Shown piece after piece: positions 32,647 to 46,119 of a DNA stretch of 64,000 nucleotides; the stretch's first letter is position 1; every line of letters starts with the position of its first letter. Source of the stretch: the human T2T-CHM13v2.0 reference genome, Homo sapiens; NCBI RefSeq assembly GCF_009914755.1, contig NC_060933.1. The stretch is one strand, 5' to 3'. Under the pieces are notes generated by a model, which was given only the letters and a program-made list of their open reading frames with translations, had not been told where the DNA came from and did no database searches. The position numbers and the translations under genes are program-made.

Positions 32647-34739
32647 CTAAAACCAGGACAAGAATGCAACCAGGACTCCCTCTTGACCTTTTATTTCAGC
32701 CTCTCTCTGTATGTCAGTTTTCTCTTAGTCTTCTAGAAGTCACCAGAAACACGACTAGTAGCAGCAGCAGGCTCTTATCACCAGCTTTGTCACCAGACAC
32801 AACTCAAGAAAAAATAATCCCAGAAAAGGATTTTCATTAACTCATCTTGGCTCAGGTGCCCATTCCCAGAAAATCCACTGTGGCCAATGGGATGGATAGT
32901 CTAATTGGCTCCACTTGGATCATATGTTCATCTCTGGCCAATCAGCAGTAACCAGAAGACTAAGAACTATAAGAATACATCAGATCTCAGTCAAATTATA
33001 TGTCTAACATAACTCAGCAGACAGAACAATAAACATCCACTACTACTCCCATAAGACCAAGTTCTTTCTACGTGGGAAACACCCTACAATAGAGGCATTT
33101 CCTGGAAGGGCTATTCATTTTTCAGTGAGCTGTAACAGTTTTCAAATGTCTGTAGATGCCTCTGATTGCAAAAAATAGTCAGATCTTTTCATTGTGAAGA
33201 CCCCTTTGTCCTCTAAACTTGCTCACTATCTGGCTAGAGCCCTCCTACTCAAGGTTATACCACTGACTGGGTCAAATCTGTTTTCTGGCTTCAGAAATGA
33301 AACATAATGAGCCAATGTATTTATCTCTGATGGGCAAAGCTCCACCTTCAAGCCCTTAAGTGACCTTGTAGACTCTACTATAGTGACATCCTGTTGATGA
33401 CAAGAAGTCAGGGGATCTGAGTTCTGGCCCCACATTTTGCCTTCCAAGGCCAGATGCTGTTGGCCAGGTCACCTCTCTTGAGACTCAGGGATTCAGTATC
33501 TACCCTCCTGTTCACAGAACACAGACAGGATCATGGGGATGAATGACCATGTACACTTGAGTTGTGAAATCCTCTGCAGACCCAAGAATGGCTGTTCATA
33601 CAGGGCTACCCATAGTCTCATCTAGAGCATCTCAGGCCAACCCAGTTGCCCTCATGCTCAGGAGCTCCCTCCCTTTTTAGGCCCTGTCTGTTCTGCTCAT
33701 GGCCAACTTAAATTCCTCTGGCTCTTGGGTTGGGGGTGGGGAGTAGATGACCACCCTTGCCCTTAATCTGGAGTGGGCTAAGCCTAGTCCCTCCCACTAT
33801 TCATGTGATGTAGGAATTAGTCCTTGGCTAAGAACAGACTCCATGCCATTCCAGGACTCGCTGCCTTAGAATGAGCAGAGAGTGGGAGGGCAGGAAGAGA
33901 AAGGAAATGTTTACCATCTGTTCAATCTGGGGGCCACTGGGAGATCGAATTTTTGACACAAAATATTACCATGTGATAACGACAATTTTTAATAGTAGAC
34001 AAAACTCTAGACCAGGAGACAAGGGACCCAAGTTTTCCTTTTGACTTGGTCTCTAGCTACGTGTCCCTTGAAAATGTAAATTCACCTCTGTTTTCTTATC
34101 TACAAAATAGAGTGATTGGATCAGGTAAATTGTTCTCCTTCTGTCTCTAATATTTGATGATATGGAAGCCTGTGCACAGGAAGGAGTGCAGTGGCAGAGA
34201 AGAGGGATATAGACACTCTGTGTAGATCTGTGGTTCCTGACATTGGCCATGAACCCCTAGGAGAGAGGACACAGAATTTTTTCAAAGGGTTCTCAAACTT
34301 ACACATGAGCCAAGAATTATCTGCAGACAGAATTAAAAAAAAAATTTCACACATATATGTACTACTTTCAAATCTACATGTGTGCTACTGGGATTAATTA
34401 AATGTGAATTCATTTTAAAAAGAAATTTTTTACATTATAAAATACTTTCAATCCACGGATGCCAAAAGAACTACCATCATTGGGGAATCTTTTTTGTTTG
34501 TTCATAATAAGGTTTTCTTATGAAATGGAGAACCAGTGATGATGAGGAAAACTTACAGTATGGAGAGATTGTCCCTGGGGAAGTTTCAATTTAACTACTG
34601 CCTATGAATTATGAGAAATTAAGGCTAATTTTAGACAAAATCCTGTTTTGCTTTTAAAACCTAACCTTAATGTCGCCTCCTCTATGAAGCCTCCCTGCTG
34701 GGTCACCATGCTGCCCATAGCCCCAACAGGATTAGACAT

Positions 34740-35233
34740 CCTATTAGTCAGGGTCCTAGGAGGAAAAAAATGACACACTGAAATAAGGATAATTTGGCAA
34801 AGATTTGCTACAGGATTATTTACAGAGGTATAAGCAGTTTATAAGGAAAATACAAGGGCTAGTGCCATACCCAGCGTGCTACAAGGAGGGCTGTTTCCAC
34901 CTGAGGCCTGACAGCAAAGGGAAGAGTGATTGTTGGAACTGGCAGGAAAGCGGTATGGAGACGGCCACCTTGTGTGGAGCTGTGGTTCTTGTTGGAGGGA
35001 TGCGGCCAGCCCAAGGCCACACTGCAGGGGAAGCCAGGGGAATAAATACCCCACCTCACTCTCCTCCTCCACCTCCCATCACCTACTGCTGCCCCATGAA
35101 CAAGTGCAGCCAGAGACTGGGAGACAAAGGAGTCCAATGACATAGCTCACGCAAGCCAGTGTTCTAGGGCAGAATGGTGGGTGAAGAAGGGTGAGAGCAG
35201 GCCTGGAGGAGCAAGCAGGAAACATTCTCACAC
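34740..35233 (-). mobile_element. LTR41-like ERVL LTR
   Basis: TATTAGTCAGGGTCC..GGAGGAAA...GACACACT terminus resembles LTR41. Confidence 0.45.
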
Positions 35234-35624
35234 AATCACCTTCTTTTCTGAGCTCCTGCAGGATTCTGTACTTATCTCTCTCTAGCTCTTTCCCTATTCA
35301 GTGTTAATAGCCTATTGATACTTCTGCCTCTCCACTACACGGTGAATTCCCTAAGGGCAGAAACTATTTATCATTTGGTTTTGCAGTCACAAAACTAAGC
35401 ACAATGTAGATCCCTAAGAAATATTTGTTGGATTTTTATGTGAGGCAACAGTTTTGGAAAGAAGTGCCATATGGTCTGCATAGGTGGCACCCGCTGCTGC
35501 TGCTGGGTGTGCTGAGGACCTGCGGGTCCTGGAACACATCTCCTTTCCCACAGCACCACATGAGATGAATGGGAAAAATCGTACCTGTCGAGTGTTTCTG
35601 AAGCTGAGGCTGATGGAAGCCTAT

Positions 35625-36423
35625 TGAAAGGGGAAAGGTTCCCTTGTCGCCCTCGCAGGGTGTGCGATTGTGGCTCACTTCTTCAGTGCCCCACTGCTCA
35701 AACCTCTAGGGGAGCATACAGACGGGCAGGCTGTGGGGCTCCAACCCCACGGCAGTGTTTAGGGGTGAATGTTTACAGATCCTGAGGCCCCAGTGGGCGT
35801 GGGTTACAAGGTGCTCCTTTAGTTTTGCTCTTTTAGTTTGCAGGGCGGCTTGTGTTAACCAGCTCAGTTAGAACCTCTACCTTGTCGCAAGGACAGAGGG
35901 CTTTCTGTATCCCGGATTCTTGCCTTGGTGTACCGGAAGAATCGGATCACACGTGGGCTTGGAGAATGAGTGTAAAGTTTTATTGAGTGGAAGTAGCTGT
36001 CAGCCGATGCGGGGAGCCAGAAGGGAGATGGTCTTCCCCTGGAGGTGGGCCTCTCTGTGGCCCCAGCTCTCCTCCGATCGCCCTGGCCAAACTCCGCCTC
36101 GTCCCCGCCGTTGGATGGCCTGCCGGGTGCCGGCGTCTGTCAGTGTGCTCTTCCCTTCAACGTCCTCTCGCTGTCCAGCCGCTTGTCTTCTTCGTCAACG
36201 TGTTCCTCTCACCGTCCAGCAGCTTCTGTGTCTCTGCCTTGCTAGAGTCTCGGGTTTTTATAGGCCCAGGGTGGAGGCATGGCGGGCCAGGGTGGTCTTG
36301 GAAAATGCAACATTTGTGGGTGAAAGCAGGATTGTCTGTCCTCACCTAGGTCTGTGGGGATGGACCCCTAGCCAGGGACCCGCCTTTCTCTACCCAGCAC
36401 TTTCCTGCCCCACTCCCGTATCA
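35625..36423 (-). mobile_element. ERV1 solo LTR, LTR1/LTR27/LTR28 group
   Basis: Minus strand TGATACGGG...TTTCA termini; TATAAAAA (36262-36255); AATAAA (35984-35979); 4-bp TSD CTAT/CTAC. Confidence 0.85.
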
Positions 36424-36489
36424 CTACGATCGTAACACAAGTAACTAAAACCTCAAAGCTCATGGAGTTAACCTAAATTTATTGGAGAA

Positions 36490-36655
36490 TCAAAAGAGGG
36501 GTAAGTGGAAGCAGGGTGAGGGTTACCTATTGAATACGATGTATACTATTCGGGTGAGTGGTCCACTAAAAGCCCAGACTTCACCACTACAATTCATCCA
36601 TGGAACCAAAAACCACTGTATCCCTAAATCTATTGAAATAAAAAAAAATCAAAAA
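36490..36655 (+). mobile_element. Short L1PB-type 3' end
   Basis: CACTAAAAGCCCAGACTTCACCACTAC...CTATTGAAATAAAAAAAAA. Confidence 0.75.
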
Positions 36656-37700
36656 TTAACATACCCTTCCCATTTATCTGATTCTCTGAGGTCACCTTTA
36701 ATTGTCTGAGCTATTTTTACAACTCTACGAGTTGTAGATAACTGATAGCAATAAAAATGATTCCTATCCATAGACACACAAAAAATAAGTAAATTTTCCA
36801 AAAGTTTCCATAGGTCACCTTTCTTGTTCTTACTTCAAAGTGTCACTTATTAAATTGCCTTCTCTTGTTCCCAGAGTCACATAACTTTGAACACAGAAAT
36901 CATGTGTATTCTGATATGTTCAAAGAAAAAAAATTACATACTATTTACAATAGGATTTTTAAGTACCTAACAAAAAATGTGCTAGACTTTAATAGAGAAC
37001 ATTGTAAAAACTTTATTGAAATACATTAAGAATAACCAAATAGATGTAGAATGTTCATCCAAATGATGTGTAGATTTAATGCAATTCTGATCAAAAACCC
37101 ACATATATGTTGTGAAACTTAATAAGCTGATGCTCAAATTAATACAGAAATACAAAGACTAGCCAAGACACTCTTAAGGAAGAATAAGATGAGAGGATTT
37201 CCTTGCCAGATATCAAGACCAAGAAAGGATAGACAAAGCCACCAATAGAATAAACAGAGAACTCAGAAACAGACCCACTATATATGGACATTTGACACAT
37301 AACAAAAATAGCATTGTGGATCAACGGGGAAAGGATGAGCTCTTCAATAACCAGTGGTGGGATAATTGGATATACATGGGGGGGAAAATGCTACATTAAT
37401 TCCTACCTCTTACCATACACAAAAACAAACTCCAGATATATGAAGTCCCTACCATCACATCATTTAAAAGAATCATTTAGAAGAAAATATAGGAGAATAT
37501 CTCATGACCATGGGGTAGAAAAGGATTTCTTAAACAAGACATAAAAAGCACTAACTATAAAAGAAAGTACCGATAAATTTGCTGGTATTAAAATTGCCCA
37601 AAGAGACACCCTAAAATATAGTGAAAAGAAGAAGAGATATTTGTAACACACGTAAGGAACAAAAGGCATACCTAGAACCTATAAAGAATGGCCAATATGA

Positions 37701-38016
<316 letters not shown>

Positions 38017-38689
38017 AAGAGCAGCTGATATGAAAAAGGCAAGCAACTAAATAGAAAAATTGGCAAAATACTTGAACTGGCAATTTAGAAAAGAGGATGT
38101 CCAAATGGTGGATAAATATAAAAAGGGGCTCATTGGTCATTAGGGAGCTGCATTAAAACTACAAAGAGATACTATATAACTACAAGATAGACAAAAATTT
38201 ATAAGTCTGATAAAACCAATTATCAGCAAAGACGAGGAACAGTGGAAACTTGTATACACTCCTAGTGGGAGTAGTAAAAGGAGACACATTTGGGAAACAA
38301 TTTAGTAATGTCTAATAAAGTTGACTGTGCACATGTATATCCTGCAATCCAGCAATTCTACACCTAAGAATATACCCTAGGGAAACTCCTGCCCATGGTC
38401 CCCAGGAGATATGTACAAGAATATTCATAGTAACACTGTTTCTGACAACCCAAAACTGGAAACAGCCCACATGTCCATCAGCAGTAGAATGAATAAATAG
38501 TTGTGAAGCACTACTCATCAAATAAAATGAATGAGCCACAATTGCACAGAACATGGAGATGTCTCTCAAATATAATTTTAACAGAAGAAACAATCACCAA
38601 AATAAATATATAGTAGCTTTCTATTTTATATAAAGTCCAAAAAATAGACAAAACTAAATAATGTATTGTTTAGGGATGCCCACGTAGGT

Positions 38690-39204
38690 TGTGCTGTTAC
38701 TTATTGCTGCCATAACAAACCATACAAAAACTTAGTGGCTTAAAACAACCATGATTCTATTTGCTCACAATTCTATGGGCCAGGGAGTTGCACAGAACAC
38801 ACCAAGAATCACTCATCTCTGCTCCATGATGTCTGGAGCTTCAGCTGGGTTGCCTCAAATATCAGGTCTGGTTGGAACAGCTTGACTGGGGCCATAAGTA
38901 TGGGGCCTTGGTTCTGGCTCTCAGCTAGGTTCCTCAGATCTCATCCATGAGGGCTTTCCACCTGGCTAGCTTGAGCTTCCTCATAGCATGGTGGTCTCAG
39001 GGTTGCAAGAAGAAATATTCCCCAAAAACTTATCCCAATGTGCAAGCACTTATTAAATCTCTCTTCCATGCTTGTTAATGTCCCATTTGTCAAAGAAAGT
39101 CATATGGACAAACTCAGAAGTCACTGTGAGAGGAGACTACACTAGGGCAGAATGGAGGGAGCCATGGTTCATTTAGGGGGCCACCAAAGTAATGGTCCAC
39201 CACA
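38690..39204 (-). mobile_element. MLT1 (H/G-like) LTR
   Basis: TATTGCTGCCATAACAAACCA...CTTAGTGGCTTAAAACAAC; ends CCACCACA. Confidence 0.65.
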
Positions 39205-40214
39205 GCTGAAAGTAAGAAAATAATATTCTCAAAAATAGTGGTTACCCTTCAAGATGAAAAAGGGATGCAATCAGGTAGGAGCACAAAGGGAGCTTTCTAA
39301 AATATTGGCAATATTCTATTTCTAAACTGACTGGCCGTTAACATAGGGTATATTTTATTCTTCTTTAAAATGTCAATTCCACTTGACTCAATATTATGCA
39401 GGCATCACAGTTTTCATTTGTATACGTGCAAATAATTTACAGTTTAATGTTTTCATTACAAGATAAGAAACAGGGAAATATATATGTATATTACAAAGAC
39501 CCCAACTATTTATTAGAACCATTGGAAAGAGAGCTAGAAGTAAATAAACCTCCACACCTCCATGAGTGGTTGTGTCAGAGCGGTAGTAGAACCATGATTG
39601 ATTAATATAAATTTTCTTTTTATATTTTTCTATGCCTCCCAAATTTTCCATAATAAACACATATCACTTTTAGAATCACTAAAACTTTATGGGGGTAAAA
39701 ACATGAATCACACCTCCCACAAAATGTTGTCTAGGTTATTTGAAGAAACATGGATTCCCATGAGGGATTCTAGTAACCTCTGCACTTCTCCTGACTGGCT
39801 TCACTTTAGCATTCAAGTACTTCTCATTGTGGCTACCAGAAGTTAATTTCTGGAGCACAAGGTATCCCAGGCTTTTCAGAATAGACTCTGATAAAAATTA
39901 AATCAAAACCACTTGAATTCGTTCTTGGACATGAATAGTATTGCCAAGCCCTCGATTCAGTGCTAAAATGGGAACTGTCAGTCAGAAACAAAAGGGGCAA
40001 AAGGTGACAAAGAGTGATGAATTGAGGTGTCTTGCAGCCTCTCTATTTTGAATCACAAGATACTGAGAATTTGGCAGAATGGACTTTTTCTGCAGGTGAT
40101 CTACAAATGTTCCGTCTTCTCTGATTTAAAATCATAATTGGAGGAAGTTAACTCCAAGACCTGCAGGAAGTTATGGAGGAGGAGGGGAAAGCAACCAACA
40201 CCTAATAAATTAAG

Positions 40215-40410
40215 AACTTGGACTCTGCTGTCCAACTTACTCACTGTAAGACCTTGTACAAGTTCCTCCACCTCTCCAGGCCTCAGTTTCCTCATTCCTA
40301 AACTGGGGACTTAATAGTGCTACCTTTAGGGTTGCTGTGAGGAGGGAATGAAATAGTAAATGTAAAGTGCTTAGCACAGAGTCCAGAATATCAAAAGCAC
40401 TCAATAAACT
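40215..40410 (+). mobile_element. MIR SINE
   Basis: GCCTCAGTTTCCTCATT..AAA..GGGG core. Confidence 0.75.
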
Positions 40411-40469
40411 ATAGCATCTCCCATTGCCAGGACAGGTGAGGCACCCACACAGGTCACAGCAGATGCCTA

Positions 40470-40660
40470 GGTATGGGCCAGCACTCTGCTGAGAGCTTCA
40501 CATATAGTCAGCATTTTATATCGCATCTGACCCTCATGGTACCTAGGGATTAGATATTATTTTCCCCATCTTACCGATGAAAAAACAAACAGAAGATCTG
40601 AGCATCTATAACCCGCCCAAGGCCGCAGATCTCCTGCATAGCAGGGCAGTAGTTGAAGCT
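40470..40660 (-). mobile_element. MIR SINE
   Basis: TATTATTTCCCCATCTTACCGATGAAAAAAC core. Confidence 0.55.
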
Positions 40661-43458
40661 AAAGCTGTTTCCAAGGCTTCTCAGAATCTAGTGGACAGGA
40701 GAGGAGGGCTATACTCTGAGAAAACACTCCCACTTCTTTTTGTTCACAGTAACCACCACTGAAAGTAAAACTCTGAAATGTTTTGGGCTGATGTGAATAC
40801 ATGTAAGTAACAAGCACTGTGGAATCAAAAGACTGAAAAACACTACCAATGTCTGCAAATTACAATTACCAAGGTGGCCGGGCCTAAAGACTGAACTTCA
40901 GCGTGGAGGGGTCTTTAAAAACTCAAGGATCTGTTCCCAGACCTACTTACATTGAGAAAAACGCTTCCTGGGTCATCTCAGAATCTTGTAAATGTTTACA
41001 TTGACTTTGGACCTGATATTCCTTTTCATATGATGCGATGGAGTGAGGAAAAGACCACAGAGGGCAGACAGAGGCAAAATTGCTCCCCTTCACCAAGGCT
41101 TATGGGGAAAAAGAAATGAACTTGCCTTTCCCGAGGAGTCCCCCCTCCTCGCAGGCTAGGAGCTATTCCATTCTTAGGCAGGATTTTATGAGAAACAAGT
41201 CTTCCTGGGACAAGGCTGGCTACAGAGAAATAAAACAATGTGCACAGACCTACCTTTTTCTTTCTTTTCCTTGTCTGCGTTCAGTATGACTTCACTGGCA
41301 ATACTGAACTGGAGAATAAGAAGGTATACCGCTTTGCAAAGTTTGAAATTTTTGTTAAGACGGCAAGCTGGCTCAGGTCCTTTTTCCTGGTCTTCTCTAG
41401 CGCCGCGGTGTGCTCCTGGGAGCTGAAGCCAGAGACGGTTAAACTGCCTCACTCTCTAGGGTCTAAATGACTTTTCCTACCCTCTGCCATCAATCAACCC
41501 CCTGAGACCAGAAATTGGAGAAGGGCATTTCCCCTAAGACTCACAGAAACCCCGCCTTTAAAAAAATTCTCCACAACCAGAGTATGGCCCCTTCAAAAAA
41601 CATCCATGTTATATCTTTAAGGCATTTCATCTCCCTCAATTCCTTCACTCAGCCTTAAGCACACCTTCAAATCCTTATGCAAAGGACTCAGGGAATTCAG
41701 GTGAGTTCCCCTGAGCCATGATTTTCTCCAAGGAGCTGATGTTGCACATTAGAACTAATAGGCTTCAAGTAACTGCAGCAAGACTAATATCTTCTGCTAA
41801 TAATGCTGTGAGTGACTTGAGTTTCCAATGAGCTATTATTTGTAGAAAGACATTGACTTTACTCTTGGACTCTTGAAAGTACTTGACTGATCTGAGTTAA
41901 TTAAGCCACATAAGCCTCCTGAAAGGCAGAGAGAAGACCCAGGAAGAAAAAGAGGAGGGAGAAGAACAGGAAAGTGTTGACTAACACTGAGATGCACCTG
42001 CCTGCTGGTCCAGTAATATTATAGCAAGTGGACCTCACTACTGCAGCCAGTGAAACCCCAGGGAAATTTACAGATCCTTTGTAACAACAGAAAGTGTCAT
42101 TGACAGTGATTAAAATATTAGAATCATAAAATACTCAGAGCTCAAAGGGTCCTTAGAGATCATCTGGGACAACGCCTCATTTGAAGACTGAAAAAAGATG
42201 GCCGTTTCACTAAGTGAGAAGGGAAGACAGGCCTGCTGACCCTCACAACTCTTTCTAGGCTGCTGGCAATGAGCTAGCTGGGACCTTGGACTGATACTCC
42301 TTGCAGTAGAAGTGGCTGTGCTCAAACCAACTTCCCCCAGGACCAGGGGAGCCGAAGACTCCAGGGGCTTCAGGAAGCTCCCTAAAGAGCTGCACCTAAA
42401 CGTAGACCTGGCTTAGCAACTGAATGCAAAATATTTGTTACTCAATAACAAGGCTGGTCCATCAAAAAGGACAGCAACAGAGGGTGAGGTTCTCTTGCTA
42501 GAACTCAGTCCTCAAATGCGTCCAGCTGCACCTTGACCCAAGCATGCTTCCCCCATAGGGTGCTGGAGATGATGGGGTGCCTCTTCTCACCCTTCTCCCA
42601 GTGAGCTCCAGCCCCTGCCACAATGTTTGCTGGTGTTCACCTATAGCCTTTGCATGACACCCAGTGACACATTAGCCCTTCCAGTCCTTTCCTGTGGTTG
42701 TTTTTCACTGAATACATTATGACTATCTTTCTACATAAGTAACCATTACATAGGAAAACATTGTCTTTTAAGAAATGACTGCATAGACATACTAGAAGGT
42801 AATCAACCAATCCCTACTGACTAGTTGTTTCCAACTTAGGTCCTTTCAATTTTTCACAATTAAAAACAATACAGTTGGCAGTAAATAATGTACAAACATC
42901 TTTGCATGTTTTCTGATCATTTCTTTCATATAAGTTTTTAGAAGTGGAATTGCTAATTCAAAGAATATGGACTTTTAAAAGGGTTTTGATATGATCTGCC
43001 AAGTTTTTTTGTTTTTGTTTTTGTTGTTTGTTGTTGTTGTTTTGTTTGTTCTGTTTTGTTTTTCAGAAAAATGGTATTAGGGTAGGTTCCCACCAAGACT
43101 TTTGAGATAGATCATTAATGACTTCAAATAGTTTCCTTGTGTTTCATTCACTTTCATTCTAATAGAAAATAACAGCCTAGTCAAATGCCAAATGGTACAT
43201 TTCCCAGAGGTATGAATAAGTTGGATAACTTTCCTCACATTGTGACAGTTTTGGAGAAATGAACCCAGGTCACGACTGTCTTCATATCTCACTGCAGTGA
43301 GATAAAGGAGCTTTTTCTTTATGACTCATCTTAATTTTGATGAAGCTAGCTTTGGATAGTGATAGCTCCTGCATGGTGGAATTATGGATAATGGTTATTC
43401 TTTATTTTGCTTATCTGTATTTTCAAATATTTTTTGCAATGTCCTACTAACACTACTG

Positions 43459-44059
43459 CAGAGTTTCTCAACCTCAGCACTACTGACATTTTGATCTAGA
43501 TAATTATTTGCTGTGGAGCTGTCCTCTGAAGCATAGGATATTTAGCAGCTTCCCTGGTGATATGGTTTGGATCTGTGTCCCCACCTAAATCTCATGTTGA
43601 ATTGTAATTCCTAATATTGGGGAAGGGACCTTGTGGAAAGTGATTGGATCATGGGGGCAGATTTCCCCTATGCTGTTCTCATGACAGTGAGTGAGTTCTT
43701 ACCAGGTCTGATGGTTTAAAAGTGGCACTTCCCCCACCTCTCTCTCTCTCTCTCTCCTGCCGCCATGTGAAGAAGGTGCTTGCTTTCCCTTCACCTTCCT
43801 CCATGATTGTAAGTTTCCTGAGGCCTCCCAAGAAGCAGAAGCCTGTACAGCCCACAGAACCATGGGCCAATTAAACCTCTTTTCTTTATAAATTACCCAG
43901 TCTTGGGTAGTTCTTTATAGCAATGTGAGAACAGACTAATACACCTGGCCTCTGCCCACTAGATGCCAGCAGCACTCCTAGTTGCAACAACCAAAACATC
44001 TCTAAATATTTCCAAATGTCTCCTACAGAGTCATAATTACTCCCAGTTGAATGCCATTG
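43459..44059 (-). mobile_element. MER20 interrupted by an MSTA LTR
   Basis: MER20 halves 43459-43557 and 43944-44059 are collinear. Confidence 0.8.
43558..43943 (+). mobile_element. MSTA-like MaLR solo LTR
   Basis: TGATATGGTTTGG...GACTAATACA termini; perfect 5-bp TSD CCTGG. Confidence 0.9.
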
Positions 44060-44109
44060 AACTAGTGTAATAGACAATACTAAGTAATACAATAATAAGA
44101 TATTATATA

Positions 44110-44365
44110 ACATTATATGATAGTATGTAGTAATAATAAACACTTACAGTGCTGTGTGCCAGACACTATTCCCAGTGCTTCAGGGATATCATCTTGTTGA
44201 TTCTCTTCAACAATCCTTTGAGGTAAGTACTATTATTCTATCCATTTTACCTAAACGGAAACTGAGAACACAGAGGTTGAGTAACTTGCCCAAGGTCACA
44301 CAGCTAGATAGTACAGGATCCCAGATTGAAACCCAAGAAACTTCAGAGCCCACGCTCACAATCAT
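44110..44365 (-). mobile_element. MIR SINE
   Basis: GGAAACTGAGAACACAGAGGTTGAGTAACTTGCCCAAGGTCACACAGCTAG. Confidence 0.8.
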
Positions 44366-44498
44366 TTCCTGCAGTTGTCTCAGAAGTCTTTTTAAATATT
44401 CTTTTTAGTCATTTAAATTTTCCAACAAATCTCACAATATTTTAAAAGACACACAATAATACAATGAACATCTATATACTCATCACTTAAATTTACTA

Positions 44499-44578
44499 TT
44501 AGGTTGGTGCAAAAGTAATTGCGGTTTTTGCCATTGAAAGTAACGGCAAAAATCGCAATTACTTTTGCACCAACCTAA
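44499..44578. mobile_element. MADE1 MITE (Hsmar1-derived), complete 80 bp
   Basis: 37-bp TIRs TTAGGTTGGTGCAAAAGTAATTGCG... around a 6-bp spacer; TA TSD on both sides. Confidence 0.97.
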
Positions 44579-45071
44579 TAACTCTCAAGCTTTTTCCATA
44601 CTTGATTCATTTGTCCCTCTTTATTTCCTCCGCTTTCTTTCTTTTCTTCTTTACATCTTTCCTTCTCTTTCTGTCTTCTTAGAAGTGGAATCTTTCTTCC
44701 TTTCTCCCTCTCTCCCTTTCTCCTTCCCTCCTTTCTTCCTTTCTGTTGTATTGTCCCTTACATAGGTCACTGTGAAGTTCTAAAAAATATTGATGTTTTC
44801 TGACATAGCCATCATGCCTATAACACTAACAAAATTAACGATTCTTTAGTATCAATTCATGTTCAAATTTCCTTGATTATCTCAAAATTTTATTTTAAAC
44901 CTCTAAAAAGTCCAGCTTTGGACTAAGAAGAATGAAGTGGTGATTCCCAGCAAATTGTGAATCCTAAGGGAAGAAGGATGGAGTCATAGTACATTTCAGA
45001 AGAGCTCTATGTGGTCTGGGCTGCAAATGAAAAGAGAACACAGAGTCCCCAACGACCATAAGAACCTTTAA

Positions 45072-45530
45072 GGTAGGCAGGATTTGGGTTCCCCAGAAGC
45101 AAGACCCTGAGGCAGGGAGTTAAGTGCAGGTCGTTTATTTGGGAGGTGATCCTAGAAAGCACAGGCAGGGTGTGGGGAAGTAAGATAGAGACGGGAAGGA
45201 AAGCAATTCGGGGTAGGAAATCAGCCAGCTACCCCTGGGAAACTGGAGCACAAATTCCCCTGGAGACTCCAAGAAACAGTAGATTGGCCTTATTTATCCC
45301 AACTGTGGGCTGAAGAAGTCGGGGTTTTATCCACTGACTCCCCATCCATCCTTGGTCGAGGACAGCTCCAGAGCCATTCACTCTGGCACGTCCAGCTTTC
45401 CTTGCCCCCAAGGCCAGTGTTCTCCCTCAGCCAGAAGAAAAGCTCAGGGTGACAGGAGTTTTCAGGAAGCAGCCTAAGTGAAGAGGCAAATTCCAAGGGG
45501 TTAGCCCGGGCACCTGCAGTGTCTGCTAGG
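45072..45530 (-). mobile_element. LTR33/LTR16-like ERVL LTR
   Basis: TTTGGGTTCCCCAGAAGCA..ACCCTGAG...TTTATTTGGGAGGTGATCC. Confidence 0.6.
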
Positions 45531-46119
45531 ATCCCCGTTTACCAGTGAGGCTCATTTATTCTTTCACCAAACATGTATTGAATGCTTGCTTAGTCTTGGC
45601 CAGACAGTGTGTCAGGTGCTGGAGCTCACACACAGAATAGGCCTCCCTGCACTTGAGAAGAGCACAGTCTGTACACATGTGTAGAGAGATTAAATTGTCA
45701 TACACTATGGTAAGTGCTATGCCAGAACTATAAGTTTTTGTGCCCACCAAAGGTGAGCAATTAAAATGAGTTTTTTTAAATAAAGCATTATAAAATATTA
45801 TAAAATATAGAAGACCTCTGTCTAGAAGAGTCAGACAAATGTCCCCTCCATCATGATAGCCAGACACCCAAATAAGGCACTTAAATAAAACAAGGTAAAA
45901 TACTAAGTGACAGGGTCAGCTCACCTAGCGGGTGAAAAGCAGAGCCAGGACAAGAAGCCACATTTTCTGACTCCTAAGCCAGTATTCCTTCCACTCTACC
46001 CACAGTCTCTAGGAGTTGAGATCTGGCACCAATCACAATGCCCAGCTCACAGTAGGTACTCAGTATCTTCATGACATGGACACAGAGCATTTGCTTGACC
46101 ATGAGAAGGGAAAGTATAA

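Noticed and set aside
35920-36435. 171-aa and 120-aa ORFs
   Set aside because: Antisense frames inside a GC-rich LTR; no protein family recognised
43956-43971. CTCF-like CCACTAGATGCCAGCA in MER20
   Set aside because: Mismatch at a core G and essentially MER20 consensus; no locus-specific support
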